In this document: in pieces, positions 1-10,302 of the stretch
Layout of the letters: each line of letters begins with the position of its first letter
How positions within the stretch are numbered: the first letter of the stretch is position 1
From: an uncultured Spirochaetota bacterium
GTDB lineage: Bacteria > Spirochaetota > Brevinematia > Brevinematales > JAOACQ01
Length of the DNA: 64,000 bases
Reading direction: 5' to 3'
Assembly: GCA_963783575.1 (NCBI GenBank)
Contig: CAWAOD010000005.1
Location: forward strand, 448,001-512,000
Notes under the pieces: generated by a model
Told to the model about the DNA's origin: nothing
What the model saw: the letters and a program-made list of their open reading frames with translations, nothing else
The model's database searches: none
Position numbers and translations under genes: made by a program

Positions 1-397
1 ACTGCTGTTTTGTGAGTCCCGAATTATCCAGAAGAGCCTGGTCTCTGTGAAGTATGGATTCGGTATATTCGCTTCTCGCTTCGGCGCGGTCATACTGTGC
101 CTGGGCAACACTGTGATCCATCTCAATCAGAAGCATTCCCTGGGTAATGCTTTCCCCTTCTTTTACATAAACCGCCTGAATTTGCCCTCCAGCCCCAAGA
201 TTGGCGATTTTCACAATATCGGCGTTAATTCGAGCATCTTCAGTTGTAATGTAAGGCCTGTAATCAAAATACCATATACGGAATCCGAGGATTGAACCCC
301 CGGTTATGACTATTAATGTTATGAATAACTTTATTATCCTGCCAAAAAGCCCTTTTCCATTTTCTTTTTGAATCTTGGTTTCAGTTTCCTGTGCCAT
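1..397 (-). CDS. HlyD/EmrA-family membrane-fusion protein (3' end outside window)
   Basis: Manual translation from ATG at 397: MAQETETKIQ...TM helix...YITTEDARINADIVKIAN...GQIQAVYVKEGESITQGMLL; lies downstream of tolC-like gene. Confidence 0.85.
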   Translation of the reverse strand, partial: MAQETETKIQKENGKGLFGRIIKLFITLIVITGGSILGFRIWYFDYRPYITTEDARINADIVKIANLGAGGQIQAVYVKEGESITQGMLLIEMDHSVAQAQYDRAEARSEYTESILHRDQALLDNSGLTKQQ

Positions 398-414
398 AAA
401 TCATCTCCTTTATT

Positions 415-1806
415 TTATTCCCCGATCAGCCTTTTCATTCTGAGCATGCCGGTGTAATACTCAAGAACGGCACCAAGATAACCGGCTTGCGCCTGGCTCA
501 TTGCCGCTTCTGCGTCAATAACTTCAAATTCGCTTGAAATTCCGGCTTTGTATCTTTCATCCGCGAGCTTGTAGCCCAATTGAGCCTGATGCTCATTATT
601 TTCCCTGCTTTTTATATCCTCATGGCTCTGACCGATTTGAATAAGCAATGATTGAACCTGGAGAGAAACGGTATCATAAATCTGATGTTTTTGTATTTCC
701 AGGATTTTGATGTTTTTTTCTATTTCAATGCGGTTGTTCCAGTTTCTGGATACTACTGGAATCAGGCTGTCAATCGGTATGGTTAATTGCAGGCCTGTAT
801 TCCAGGATGAATTCCAAGCTCTGTCGATTGGAATTGAGGCATTTGTTTTCTCATAGTTATAATTAAAGTTGAAAAATGCACTTAAAGAAGGCATATTACC
901 GGCTTCAACTAATTTCCCCTGCAAACTGTATATTTTAATATCTATCTCGATATTTTTAAGTAGTATATTGTTTGAAAGGGCCATACTGATTAGCTTTTCA
1001 GTATTGGTTTCAAATAATATGATATTGGTTGTATCATAAAGACTTCCGACAAATTCGACCGATGACGGATCAGCTATACCGATCTGCTGGCAGAAAGCCA
1101 ATTTTGAGGTTATATAGGAATTACTTACCTGAAGAAGCACTGCCAGATTGTTTTTATATTGAACATCTGCCCTTATGGAATCATACTCCATTGCATTCCC
1201 GGCCAGATAATTCTTTCTTGTATATTCTGCGCTCTCCTTTAAACCGCGGTTTAAATCTTCCGTCATTTTAATATTTTCTTTTATAAGAAAGAGATTGTAA
1301 AAAGATACCGCCGCCCTGGATGCAATTTCCCTTTTCGTATCGTTCAATCTAGCCCGGACAAGATCAAGATTCGCCTGTTTAATGTTCAGGGAATTCAACA
1401 GCCTGAATCCGGCAAAGATGGGTTTTACAATTGAAATTCCGGTCTTATAATTGTCAGTGTAGATATTTGTTAAGACATCCGGTTCAATGGGTAACCCGCC
1501 CAGCGCAGGATTCGGAGTTTTTGTCAGTTCAAAAGATTCCATCATCCCATTTTTAACAGTGTCTGGATCAAGAACAGTATAGCCGGCAGACGCATAAATT
1601 GAGGGCATTGTTAAATCCGCCCTGGCCTCCGCATATTGGGCTTCTGCCACACCCATTTCCTCTTTGGCCCGGCTTATATCAAGATTATTCATAAGAGCTA
1701 GTTCGATAGAATTTGATAAAGTTAGTGTTCTGATTTCTGTAAAAACAGGTTTGGATAAAATCAGAACGAGAATCCCGATCAATATGTACTTCATTTTTAC
1801 CTCCAA
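415..1806 (-). CDS. TolC-family outer-membrane efflux protein
   Basis: Signal peptide, LTLSNSIELALMNN start, C-terminal ERYKAGISSEFEVIDAE motif. Confidence 0.9.
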   Translation of the reverse strand: MEVKMKYILIGILVLILSKPVFTEIRTLTLSNSIELALMNNLDISRAKEEMGVAEAQYAEARADLTMPSIYASAGYTVLDPDTVKNGMMESFELTKTPNPALGGLPIEPDVLTNIYTDNYKTGISIVKPIFAGFRLLNSLNIKQANLDLVRARLNDTKREIASRAAVSFYNLFLIKENIKMTEDLNRGLKESAEYTRKNYLAGNAMEYDSIRADVQYKNNLAVLLQVSNSYITSKLAFCQQIGIADPSSVEFVGSLYDTTNIILFETNTEKLISMALSNNILLKNIEIDIKIYSLQGKLVEAGNMPSLSAFFNFNYNYEKTNASIPIDRAWNSSWNTGLQLTIPIDSLIPVVSRNWNNRIEIEKNIKILEIQKHQIYDTVSLQVQSLLIQIGQSHEDIKSRENNEHQAQLGYKLADERYKAGISSEFEVIDAEAAMSQAQAGYLGAVLEYYTGMLRMKRLIGE

Positions 1807-1825
1807 CTTTTACTGGTATTATAAC

Positions 1826-1843
1826 ATACCGGACGCCCGGTAT
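1826..1843. promoter_or_regulatory. Putative TetR operator ATACCGGACGCCCGGTAT
   Basis: Dyad upstream of tolC; related copies at 1913-1930 and 2587-2604. Confidence 0.6.
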
Positions 1844-1912
1844 ATTAATGTGAATAGTTTCAAAGTATTATAATCCATTACTTGATATAGTATCATCAAA
1901 TTTTCTGCAAAT

Positions 1913-1930
1913 ATACCGGCCGTTCGGTTT
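1913..1930. promoter_or_regulatory. Putative TetR operator ATACCGGCCGTTCGGTTT
   Basis: Second copy of the ACCG-N6-CGGT dyad. Confidence 0.5.
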
Positions 1931-1968
1931 AATATATATGAGACTCTGCCTCGAGGATTCTTTATTGA

Positions 1969-2586
1969 CTAAGCTTTCAATTCCTCATAAAAAGCATCCC
2001 ACAATACCGATACCTCTTTTTTCCAGTCCAGGATTCTTTCTTCAATTACCAATTGCATACTTACACCCTGCTCGATATGATGAAAGAACCTGCTGATCTG
2101 TTCATTGTCCATTTTTGAAATAATCTCACCCTTTTTTTTTGCTATAGATACAACTGCCGTCCAGGCTTCTATTTCCTTATTACTCATTTCTTTCATCTTT
2201 TCAAGAAATTCCGGGTAAATCTTGATTGCATCGAACATTAAAATGAAGTAATTAAATGCTACCTTTCCTTCATTGTTCTCCGTGAATTTTCTAAAGTATG
2301 ACATTGTAATTGTATCCTGATTGTTCAGGTAATCCTGGTAAAATCGATAAAGAGATTCATGGGAATACTTGCTGAAATCAATTGTCATAATTGAATATAT
2401 AAAATAATCCAATATCTCCCGAAAGAGCTGTTCCTTGCTTTCAAAGTAATGGTAAAAAGCGCCTTTCGATAATCCTGTTTTCTTGACAATCTCTTTCATT
2501 GTTACTTCCTTAAAACTTTTCTGTAAAAAAAGTCTAAAGGCTACATTTAAAATATGTTCTTTTGAGTCGCTCATGATCTTCTCCAT
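1969..2586 (-). CDS. TetR/AcrR-family regulator
   Basis: HTH motif TMKEIVKKTGLSKGAFYHYFESKEQL. Confidence 0.92.
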   Translation of the reverse strand: MEKIMSDSKEHILNVAFRLFLQKSFKEVTMKEIVKKTGLSKGAFYHYFESKEQLFREILDYFIYSIMTIDFSKYSHESLYRFYQDYLNNQDTITMSYFRKFTENNEGKVAFNYFILMFDAIKIYPEFLEKMKEMSNKEIEAWTAVVSIAKKKGEIISKMDNEQISRFFHHIEQGVSMQLVIEERILDWKKEVSVLWDAFYEELKA

Positions 2587-2604
2587 AAACCGACCGTTTG
2601 GTAT
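2587..2604. promoter_or_regulatory. Putative TetR autoregulatory operator AAACCGACCGTTTGGTAT
   Basis: Third copy of the dyad, directly upstream of tetR. Confidence 0.55.
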
Positions 2605-2689
2605 GATATTAGTTTATCTATTATTCTATGATTTGTCAATATTTATTAAATAAATTTTTCCTATCCTCAAGGACAAAGGGGCATGCCCC

Positions 2690-4040
2690 CATAAGCGCTA
2701 ACTTGATTCTTGATATTTTTACAAATCATAGCTATAATATTTATATGGAGGTGGCTATGATTAATGAAGATTGGAATATTTTAGTTTCAATGTTTCCAAT
2801 AGGTTGGCGTGAAAAGGCAAAGGAAACGGGTGCATTAAGGGGATTGCGTAAGTGCAAATCTGAGGAGGACTTGCTCAGAACCCTTTTGATTCATCTGGCT
2901 GGCGGGTTTTCTCTAAGAGAAACAGTAGTAAGGGCTCGTGAAGCCAATTTAGCAGATTTATCTGATGTTGCCTTGCTGAAGCGATTAAGAAAGAGTTCGG
3001 ATTGGTTGGCGTCATTATGTGAAGGTTTATTTGAGGAGCGAGGTGTGAAACTGGAAAATAAAGATGGATTTGAAGTTCGCCTTCTTGATGCTACTGTAGT
3101 TAAAGAACCTGGAAGGACGGGAAGTTTATGGAAGGTTCATTACAGTCTTAGACTACCTACATTCAAGTGTGACTACTTTCGCGTAACTCAAATGAACGGT
3201 ATAGGGACGGGTGAGTCGTTTAAACAATTTGATTTGAAACCGGGTGATTATATTATAGGTGATCGAGGTTATGGTCAGGCTCCGGGAATAAAGTTTGCCG
3301 TTGAGCAGAAAGCTTCTCTATTGGTCCGCATCAGCCCTCATCATGTTGTAGTTAGCGATTCATCCGGTAAGCCATTTAATTGGCTGGATAGATTATCAGA
3401 AGTTTCGAAATCGGGACAAGCATGTTCATGGAATGTTCATTTACAATGCCCTGATAAAACCACTGTTTCCGGTAGAGTTTGTGTTATAAGAAAATCTGAA
3501 CAAGCTATTCTTAAGGCTCACAAACGTATTAAAAAGCATGCTATAAAAAAGAGTCAGAAGTTAAAACCGGAGACACTAATATATGCGGAGTTTGTGATTG
3601 TATTCACAACTTTTGAAGAGTCAAGTTTTCCGCCGGCAGAAATACTGCGATGGTATAGATTACGATGGCAGGTTGAATTAGTATTTAAACGTTTTAAGCA
3701 ACTTGCGGAACTTGGGCATTTGCCTAAATATACAGATGAAAGTTCCAAGGCTTGGCTGTATGGCAAATTGTTTGTGGCCCTGTTAAACGAAAAACTTATC
3801 TGGCAAGCCCAGACTTTTTCCCCCTGGGGTTATGATATTATTAATCAGGGCAGGGATAGTAAGCCGTTGGCGTGAATTTGCATTTATGCTTCATGAAATG
3901 CAGAGAGTAATTATTCCATGCCTTTCGCTTACCGGTATTTTTATAAATTGGATAAGAATTTCCAGAGGACTTATTAATAAAAAGAGAAGAAGAAAAATGC
4001 AAATTGTGGAATATTTTTCCTTAACAAGTTAGCGCTTGTG
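2690..4040 (+). mobile_element. IS4-family insertion sequence
   Basis: TIRs CATAAGCGCTAACTT / AAGTTAGCGCTTGTG; 11-bp direct repeat GGGCATGCCCC at 2679-2689 and 4041-4051. Confidence 0.9.
2757..3875 (+). CDS. IS4-family DDE transposase (start probably 2745 or 2757)
   Basis: LLDAT, IGDRGY and YRLRWQVELVFKRFK motifs. Confidence 0.9.
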   Translation: MINEDWNILVSMFPIGWREKAKETGALRGLRKCKSEEDLLRTLLIHLAGGFSLRETVVRAREANLADLSDVALLKRLRKSSDWLASLCEGLFEERGVKLENKDGFEVRLLDATVVKEPGRTGSLWKVHYSLRLPTFKCDYFRVTQMNGIGTGESFKQFDLKPGDYIIGDRGYGQAPGIKFAVEQKASLLVRISPHHVVVSDSSGKPFNWLDRLSEVSKSGQACSWNVHLQCPDKTTVSGRVCVIRKSEQAILKAHKRIKKHAIKKSQKLKPETLIYAEFVIVFTTFEESSFPPAEILRWYRLRWQVELVFKRFKQLAELGHLPKYTDESSKAWLYGKLFVALLNEKLIWQAQTFSPWGYDIINQGRDSKPLA

Positions 4041-4118
4041 GGGCATGCCCCCTTATCCTTGAGGATAGGCTTGACCAAATAATAGAAATTTAGTATCAAT
4101 TATAATAATAATAAAGGA

Positions 4119-4201
4119 CCCGCAGCAAGCTGCGAGGTATTATAATGGCACGATAATGGAAGCGAAGCAAGCTTCGAGGAATTAAACCCGAAGAGATTAA
4201 A
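4119..4201. repeat. Small palindromic repeat/MITE-like element
   Basis: Two related hairpins, CGCAGCAAGCTGCG and CGAAGCAAGCTTCG, in an intergenic region; loosely similar GAGACTCTGCCTCG at ~1940 and ~51549. Confidence 0.35.
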
Positions 4202-4215
4202 CCTGGAGGATCAAA

Positions 4216-5331
4216 ATGACCGTAAAATCTTTTATAATTTTTTTCATCTTTATGATAGTTACTTTTACCTGGGCTGAGGATTTGGAATTACCGCTGGTTA
4301 AAATAAAACTGCCCGCGGGTTTTAAGATTGAGGTTTATGCTGATCATATTGAAAACGCAAGAGAAATGGTTTTCTCACCGGCCGGAGTATTATTTGTAGG
4401 ATCGAACAATGCAGGGAAGGTTTATGCAATAACCAGGGATGGAATGAACGGCAGGGCAGGTAAAGTATATGTAATTGCCAGCGGGTTAACGCTTCCCGTT
4501 GGGGTCGCTTATTACAATAAAGCGCTCTATATTTCCGCCGTTAACAGGATACTTCGCCTGGATGATATTGAGGAACACCTGCAAAAACCGCCAATTCCTG
4601 TTATTGTTAGCGATGCATTTCCAAATGCATATATGCATGGATGGAAATTCATCCGGTTCGGACCCGATGCTTTGCTTTATGTTCCTGTCGGCGCGCCTTG
4701 CAATATCTGCAAGCCCGACGATCCACGTTTTGAAACAATCCAGAGAATGAATGCCGACGGCAGCAGCCTTGAGATATTTGCTTCAGGAATAAGGAACAGT
4801 GTTGGTTTTGATTGGAGTCCGCTTACAAAAGAACTCTGGTTTACCGACAATGGAAGGGACTATCTTGGCGATAACCAGCCGCCGGATGAATTGAACCGGG
4901 CTCCTGAAAAGGGAATGAACTTCGGATTTCCGTATGTCCATGGCAGGAATATATTAGACCCGGAATTTAAAAATAAAATACCTCCGGATTTTAAATTCAC
5001 ACCGCCGGAAATGGGACTTGGACCTCATGTCGCGTCTCTGGGTATGCGGTTTTATACAGGGAAGCAGTTTCCAGAACAATATAAGAACCAGATCTTTATT
5101 GCCGAGCATGGGTCCTGGAATAGGTCTGTCCCGATCGGATACCGTGTTACACTGGTACGCCTTGATCCGGCAGGAAAACTTGCCCTGAGTTATGAGGTTT
5201 TCGCGGAAGGATGGCTTGAAGGAAGTTATGCCTGGGGAAGGCCTGCCGATGTTGAAATAGGCCCTGATGGCGCATTGTATGTGTCCGATGATAAAGCTAA
5301 TGCTGTTTATAGAATCTATTATGAGCCTTAA
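4216..5331 (+). CDS. PQQ-dependent sugar (glucose/sorbosone) dehydrogenase family protein
   Basis: GIRNSVGFDW, PPDELN and GRPADV motifs; signal peptide. Confidence 0.88.
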   Translation: MTVKSFIIFFIFMIVTFTWAEDLELPLVKIKLPAGFKIEVYADHIENAREMVFSPAGVLFVGSNNAGKVYAITRDGMNGRAGKVYVIASGLTLPVGVAYYNKALYISAVNRILRLDDIEEHLQKPPIPVIVSDAFPNAYMHGWKFIRFGPDALLYVPVGAPCNICKPDDPRFETIQRMNADGSSLEIFASGIRNSVGFDWSPLTKELWFTDNGRDYLGDNQPPDELNRAPEKGMNFGFPYVHGRNILDPEFKNKIPPDFKFTPPEMGLGPHVASLGMRFYTGKQFPEQYKNQIFIAEHGSWNRSVPIGYRVTLVRLDPAGKLALSYEVFAEGWLEGSYAWGRPADVEIGPDGALYVSDDKANAVYRIYYEP

Positions 5332-5453
5332 TTTTAAAAAATATTAATTTTAAAAATATTAATTTTCAAAATCCTAACTCTTCCGATACTTGACAAATAT
5401 GATTTATATTGATATTTTATTGTAGCAGATTATCAAAAAAGGAATTTTAGTTT

Positions 5454-6491
5454 ATGGAAGAAAAAAAAACCTCGGAAAGAATAAATAAGCTTAAAAAATT
5501 AAATATTTATGAAAGCTACTGGAGTGATTATAATAAAATCATTCATCAGATTATGGAAGAAAATATCAATATTATCGATTTCAGAAATAATTTAAATAAT
5601 CTTACCGCCAGTATAATTAAAGAAACTGTTAATTATGAGATGTTTTTTATAAAAATGCTGGCCTGCCTCGACACTCCTCATAGGTTCATATCACATTCAT
5701 TAAATACTGGTATATTTGCTTATATATTATCATCATATTTAAATGTTGATAAAAAGATGATTCCGAAAATTATTCAGGCGGCGCTTCTCCATGATATCGG
5801 TAAGCTTAATTACAATGAAAGTATTAAAGGATTATATCTTTACAGGAATGAAGACCCTTCTCAGGTTATTAAATATCACAGTATCTGGGGCAACAGAATT
5901 CTGCAGTATCATCTTAAAAGCGATCCTGAAATAGCGAGAATGGTATTAAACCATCATGAAAGAATTGACGGCTCGGGATTTCCGCGCGGATTAAAAGGCT
6001 CGGATCTAACTATTTATGATAACATTGTTATGACTGCCAATCTTATTGATAATATCATACAAAAAACCAATTATTCCTGTTTTGACGATACCGCTAAAAA
6101 TATTGATATGTTATTGACGAAATACAGCGAAAAATTTATTTTACCGATAAGAAATGTTCTGTATGAGATTTTTACATTAAGAAATGAAGAAAGAAAGCAC
6201 AAACGATACAAAATATACGCAAAGGGCTTACTGGAAAATGACAGCCTTACTACACCGGTTCCCCTTGAAATATTCAACATATCCACAAGCGGTATGGAGG
6301 TTTCAACGCCTGTATCTTTGAACAATAGTATGATTTATACCCTTAATTCAAAAATCTCACAGAACCTGTCGCTTAGAAATAAAGAATGTGAGATTATCTG
6401 GAAGAAGACTGAAAGAGACAAGTTTATATACGGTATGAAGTTTAACAGCCCACAGGATTACGATTTTTCAAAACTGTTAACTGAAGAATAA
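5454..6491 (+). CDS. HD-GYP-like phosphohydrolase with C-terminal PilZ domain
   Basis: LLHDIGK and HHERIDGSGFPRG; ERKHKR...NISTSG PilZ motif. Confidence 0.85.
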   Translation: MEEKKTSERINKLKKLNIYESYWSDYNKIIHQIMEENINIIDFRNNLNNLTASIIKETVNYEMFFIKMLACLDTPHRFISHSLNTGIFAYILSSYLNVDKKMIPKIIQAALLHDIGKLNYNESIKGLYLYRNEDPSQVIKYHSIWGNRILQYHLKSDPEIARMVLNHHERIDGSGFPRGLKGSDLTIYDNIVMTANLIDNIIQKTNYSCFDDTAKNIDMLLTKYSEKFILPIRNVLYEIFTLRNEERKHKRYKIYAKGLLENDSLTTPVPLEIFNISTSGMEVSTPVSLNNSMIYTLNSKISQNLSLRNKECEIIWKKTERDKFIYGMKFNSPQDYDFSKLLTEE

Positions 6492-6505
6492 TACCGGAGT
6501 ATTGA

Positions 6506-7522
6506 ATGGCATTAAAAAATTCTATCACTGACATACCTGGAATAGTTGTAGGCCAGGATCAAAATAATGAAGCTCTTACCGGATGCACTGTAATATTATG
6601 CGAAAAAGGAGCGGTAGGCGGAGTTGATCAAAGAGGCGGCGCGCCAGGTACAAGAGAAACCGACGCTCTTCATACTATGCATCTTGTTGAAAGGGTTCAT
6701 GCAGTCCTTTTGTCGGGCGGGTCGGCTTTCGGCCTTGACGCAGCTTCGGGAGTAGTGAAATATCTTGAGGAAAAGGGCGTTGGTTTTAATGCAGGTGTAG
6801 CTAAAGTTCCAATTGTCCCTGCCGCAATACTTTTCGACCTGAATATTGGCCGTGCCGACATAAGACCAGATGCGGCTATGGCGTACAAAGCCTGTCAGGC
6901 AGCTTCGGGTAAACCTCCGGCCCAGGGAAATTTCGGGGCCGGATGCGGAGCGACTGTGGGGAAAATCCTCGGTTTGGGGCAGGCAATGAAGTCCGGAATC
7001 GGTACTGCAAGTATGGGAATAGGCGGAGGCGTTATTGTCGGAGCGATCGCCGCGGTGAACGCATTCGGAGATATAGTTGATCCGGAGAACGGTGAAATAA
7101 TCGCCGGTGTCAGAAGCATCAATCAGGGCCCGTTAAAAATCGGTTACCAGGGATATTTTGCCGATACGCTTAAAATTATGAAGGGTTTAATCGGACGTAC
7201 AACTATGGGTTTTGCTACAAGACAGCAAACGGTTATTGGCGTGGTTGCCACAAACGCATCATTAAACAAAGAACAAATCAATAAGGTCGCACAGATGGCT
7301 CAGGACGGCCTTGCGCGGACAATCCGCCCGGCACACACAATGCTTGACGGCGATACGATTTTCGCGCTATCTATGGGGAAACATAAAGCCGATGTTAGCA
7401 TTATCGGATCTTTTGCAGCCGAGGTTTTTGCCATGGCGATTTTGAACGCCGTCAAATCGGCAAAAAGCTTGACCGGACTTCCGGCGTATAGCGATATTCC
7501 CGTTCCTGAAAATCAGCAATAA
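6506..7522 (+). CDS. P1/S58 (DmpA-like) peptidase
   Basis: GGAPGTRETD, LSGGSAFGL and PAHTMLDGDTIFA motifs. Confidence 0.9.
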   Translation: MALKNSITDIPGIVVGQDQNNEALTGCTVILCEKGAVGGVDQRGGAPGTRETDALHTMHLVERVHAVLLSGGSAFGLDAASGVVKYLEEKGVGFNAGVAKVPIVPAAILFDLNIGRADIRPDAAMAYKACQAASGKPPAQGNFGAGCGATVGKILGLGQAMKSGIGTASMGIGGGVIVGAIAAVNAFGDIVDPENGEIIAGVRSINQGPLKIGYQGYFADTLKIMKGLIGRTTMGFATRQQTVIGVVATNASLNKEQINKVAQMAQDGLARTIRPAHTMLDGDTIFALSMGKHKADVSIIGSFAAEVFAMAILNAVKSAKSLTGLPAYSDIPVPENQQ

Positions 7523-7604
7523 TTATGACTATTAATATATACCAGTTTATCAATCCTCAGAAGAAGTTGTGTGAAAAATAAAATAAAATTTGCAAGGATG
7601 AGTT

Positions 7605-9023
7605 ATGGACAGTAAAAGTCAAAAAACATTACTCCTTGTGGAAGATGAACCCTATATAGCAACAGCCGTTTCTATGCTCTTAAAAGATTATGATTATGAT
7701 ATTATCCATGCTTTAAACGGACAGAAAGCGATAGATACAATGAATGATAATAAATCCTCCATTGATCTGATCCTTATGGATATTAATCTCGGCCTGGGAA
7801 TAGACGGCACGGAAGCGGCTAAAATAATACTAAAAGATCATGATATTCCTGTTTTGTTCCTTTCAAGCCATACGGAACGTGAAATCGTTGATAAAACCAT
7901 AAATATTACTTCCTATGGATATATCACAAAGGATTCCGGTATTTCCGTAATCGACGCTTCAATTAAAATGGCATTCAGACTTCATGAAGCGTATAAGAAT
8001 TTGAAAAAACAGAAAATGGAAATTGAAGTCAAAGATGACGAACTACGATTTTATGAAAAACGATACCGGAGACTTTTTGAAACGGCCAGGGATGGGATAT
8101 TGATTCTTGACGCCGAAAGTGGAATGATTATCGACGTCAATCCTTTTTTAATTGAAATGCTGGGTTATTCGAAAGATCAGTTTCTTAAAAAAAATATCTG
8201 GGATATCAGCGCTTTCAAAAACATCGATTATTCAAAAAAATTATTTAAAGAATTGCAGGATAAAGAATATGTCCGCTATGAAGATTTACCGCTGGAAACT
8301 AATTTCGGAAATCAAATACATGTAGAATTTGTAAGTAATGTTTATTTAGTTGACAGTGAAAAGGTAATCCAATGCAATATCCGTGATATAACCGAAAGAA
8401 AGCTGAGTGAGAAAGCGCTCGCAAATAATATGGACAAAAAGGATGCTTTGCTTAGAGAAATACTGCACCGGACAAAAAACAGCTTTAATATGATAACAAG
8501 TTTAATTCATCTCAGATCCAGCGTTGTTCAATCAGAAGAAACAAAAAACGCGCTTGAAGAATTAACTTTAAGGGTCAAATCAATTTCGGATTTATATACA
8601 TTACTTTATGAAACGGATTCTTATTATAATGTTCAGCTTAAAACCTATTTCAGTAAAGTAATTGAATCGATGCTCAAATTTTCAGAAAGCATAACTATTA
8701 ATAAAGATATTGAAGAAATTACCGTTTCCGCCAAAAACGCGGCTACTATCGGAATGATACTTGTCGAATTATTATCAAACGCGATAAAGTACGCGTTTCC
8801 CGATACTCATAAGGGGATAATAAATATAGAATTGAAAACAATAAATTCTAAATTAATTATGGTAATTGAGGATAACGGCATAGGCCTGCAGGATGATTTT
8901 GATATCAATAAAATAAAAAGCATGGGACTTCATCTTGTAAATTTGATGGTCAGCCAGCTTGACGGCAATATTAAATTCATCACGGAAAATGGAACAAAAA
9001 TCATTATTGAATTCCTGTTATAA
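7605..9023 (+). CDS. REC-PAS-HisKA_2 histidine kinase
   Basis: LLVED/LMDI receiver domain, PAS, EILHRTKN, ELLSNAIKYA, DNGIG. Confidence 0.9.
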   Translation: MDSKSQKTLLLVEDEPYIATAVSMLLKDYDYDIIHALNGQKAIDTMNDNKSSIDLILMDINLGLGIDGTEAAKIILKDHDIPVLFLSSHTEREIVDKTINITSYGYITKDSGISVIDASIKMAFRLHEAYKNLKKQKMEIEVKDDELRFYEKRYRRLFETARDGILILDAESGMIIDVNPFLIEMLGYSKDQFLKKNIWDISAFKNIDYSKKLFKELQDKEYVRYEDLPLETNFGNQIHVEFVSNVYLVDSEKVIQCNIRDITERKLSEKALANNMDKKDALLREILHRTKNSFNMITSLIHLRSSVVQSEETKNALEELTLRVKSISDLYTLLYETDSYYNVQLKTYFSKVIESMLKFSESITINKDIEEITVSAKNAATIGMILVELLSNAIKYAFPDTHKGIINIELKTINSKLIMVIEDNGIGLQDDFDINKIKSMGLHLVNLMVSQLDGNIKFITENGTKIIIEFLL

Positions 9024-9128
9024 TATATTGTAAATCAAGTATTTTTGCCTTTTCTCATTACCTGTTAATTCCAGAAAAATCATTATTCCTGAATTTGACA
9101 TAAAATTAATATTATCTCAAAATTTAAT

Positions 9129-10193
9129 ATGTTAAATAACGATATATTCGCAAAAATATCGACTATATCCGCCGAACGCGATTTCAACGGCATCATAAAA
9201 CTGTCTATTCCGTATGATACGGCATTGATTAATAAAGTCAAATCCCTTCCTGTCAGAAAGTGGGAGCCACTGGATAAGAAATGGCTTATACCGGATACAG
9301 ACGAGAACCGCAAATCAATCTTACTTTTGTTCGGCATCAATATTAAAGATAAAACCGGCTGTAAATGGACCGAACCAATCGCCCAGGAACTCAGGATAAG
9401 GAAATACAGCCAGAGAACAAGCAAAAGTTACCTGTTTTATAATCAGGATTTCATCGGATTTACAGGAAAAGTCCCGAAGGCATTCAAAATCAGGACATAA
9501 AGAATTACCTTGATTACCTGGCGGATGAAAAGAACTCTTCAGCATCCACAATTAATTGCGCAATCAATGCTCTCCGGTTCTTTTACGGCGAAATCAGGCA
9601 TCAAAATTTTATTTATGAAATAAAACGGGCGAAAAAAGAGAAAAAATTACCTGTTGCTCTAAACCGGAATGAGATAAAAAAACTAATTTGTTCATATCAG
9701 AACTTAAAACATAAAACCATAATCGCTCTAACATATTCCGCGGGAATGCGTGTCAGTGAAACAGCCGGTTTAAAAGTCTCTGATATAGATAAAATACGCC
9801 ATATGATCCATATCAGAGGAGCAAAAGGTAAAAAAGACCGATATACAATATTTTCAAATTCTATTTTAAATCTATATGACAGGTATTTAAATGAATATGA
9901 GCCTGTATTCTGGCTTTTCGAGGGTCTTATGCCGAGATCAAAAATAAGCATTCGTACAATAAAGGCTATTTTTGAACAGGGCTTGAAAAAAACCGGTATT
10001 CAAAAAGATGCGACAGTCCATACCTTGAGGCATAGCTTTGCGACCCATCTTCTTGAGAATGGGGTTGATATCAGGTATATCCAGGAATTATTAGGGACAT
10101 GAATCAAGTAAAACGACAGAAATTTATACCCATATATCAGAAAAAAATCTGTCAAATATAAAAAGCCCATTAGATGGAATAAATGTTTTTTAA
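9129..10193 (+). pseudogene. Integron-like tyrosine recombinase (~354 aa when repaired), frameshifted at ~9467-9470 and ~10094-10096
   Basis: Joined frames read ELRIRKYSQRTSKSY...STINCAINALRFFY...YSAGMRVSE...KGKKDR...[38 protein letters not shown]...IKSPLD; R, K, HxxR, H and Y catalytic residues all present; frameshifts could be sequencing errors. Confidence 0.88.
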
Positions 10194-10256
10194 TTGCGTA
10201 TATCACTCCGAAATTTGAGTAATATACGCAATGCGTATATATCGAGTTAAACGAAA
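10194..10256 (+). other. attI-like primary recombination site
   Basis: Between integrase stop and first cassette GTT (10246); inverted repeats TTGCGTATAT...ATATACGCAA and core TGCGTATA-TATCGAGT-TAAACGAAA. Confidence 0.7.
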
Positions 10257-10302
10257 TTTTTGTGCCGGTTTGTTACTTATTGAAAAATAATGAGGAATAT
10301 CA

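Noticed and set aside
5330..5371. Short tandem AATTTTAAAAATATT repeat
   Set aside because: Low-complexity AT-rich intergenic sequence with no supportable function
9129..10193. Recombinase read as XerC/D or a prophage integrase
   Set aside because: No phage genes or tRNA att site; SPLD C-terminus and direct adjacency to the cassette array favour an integron-like role
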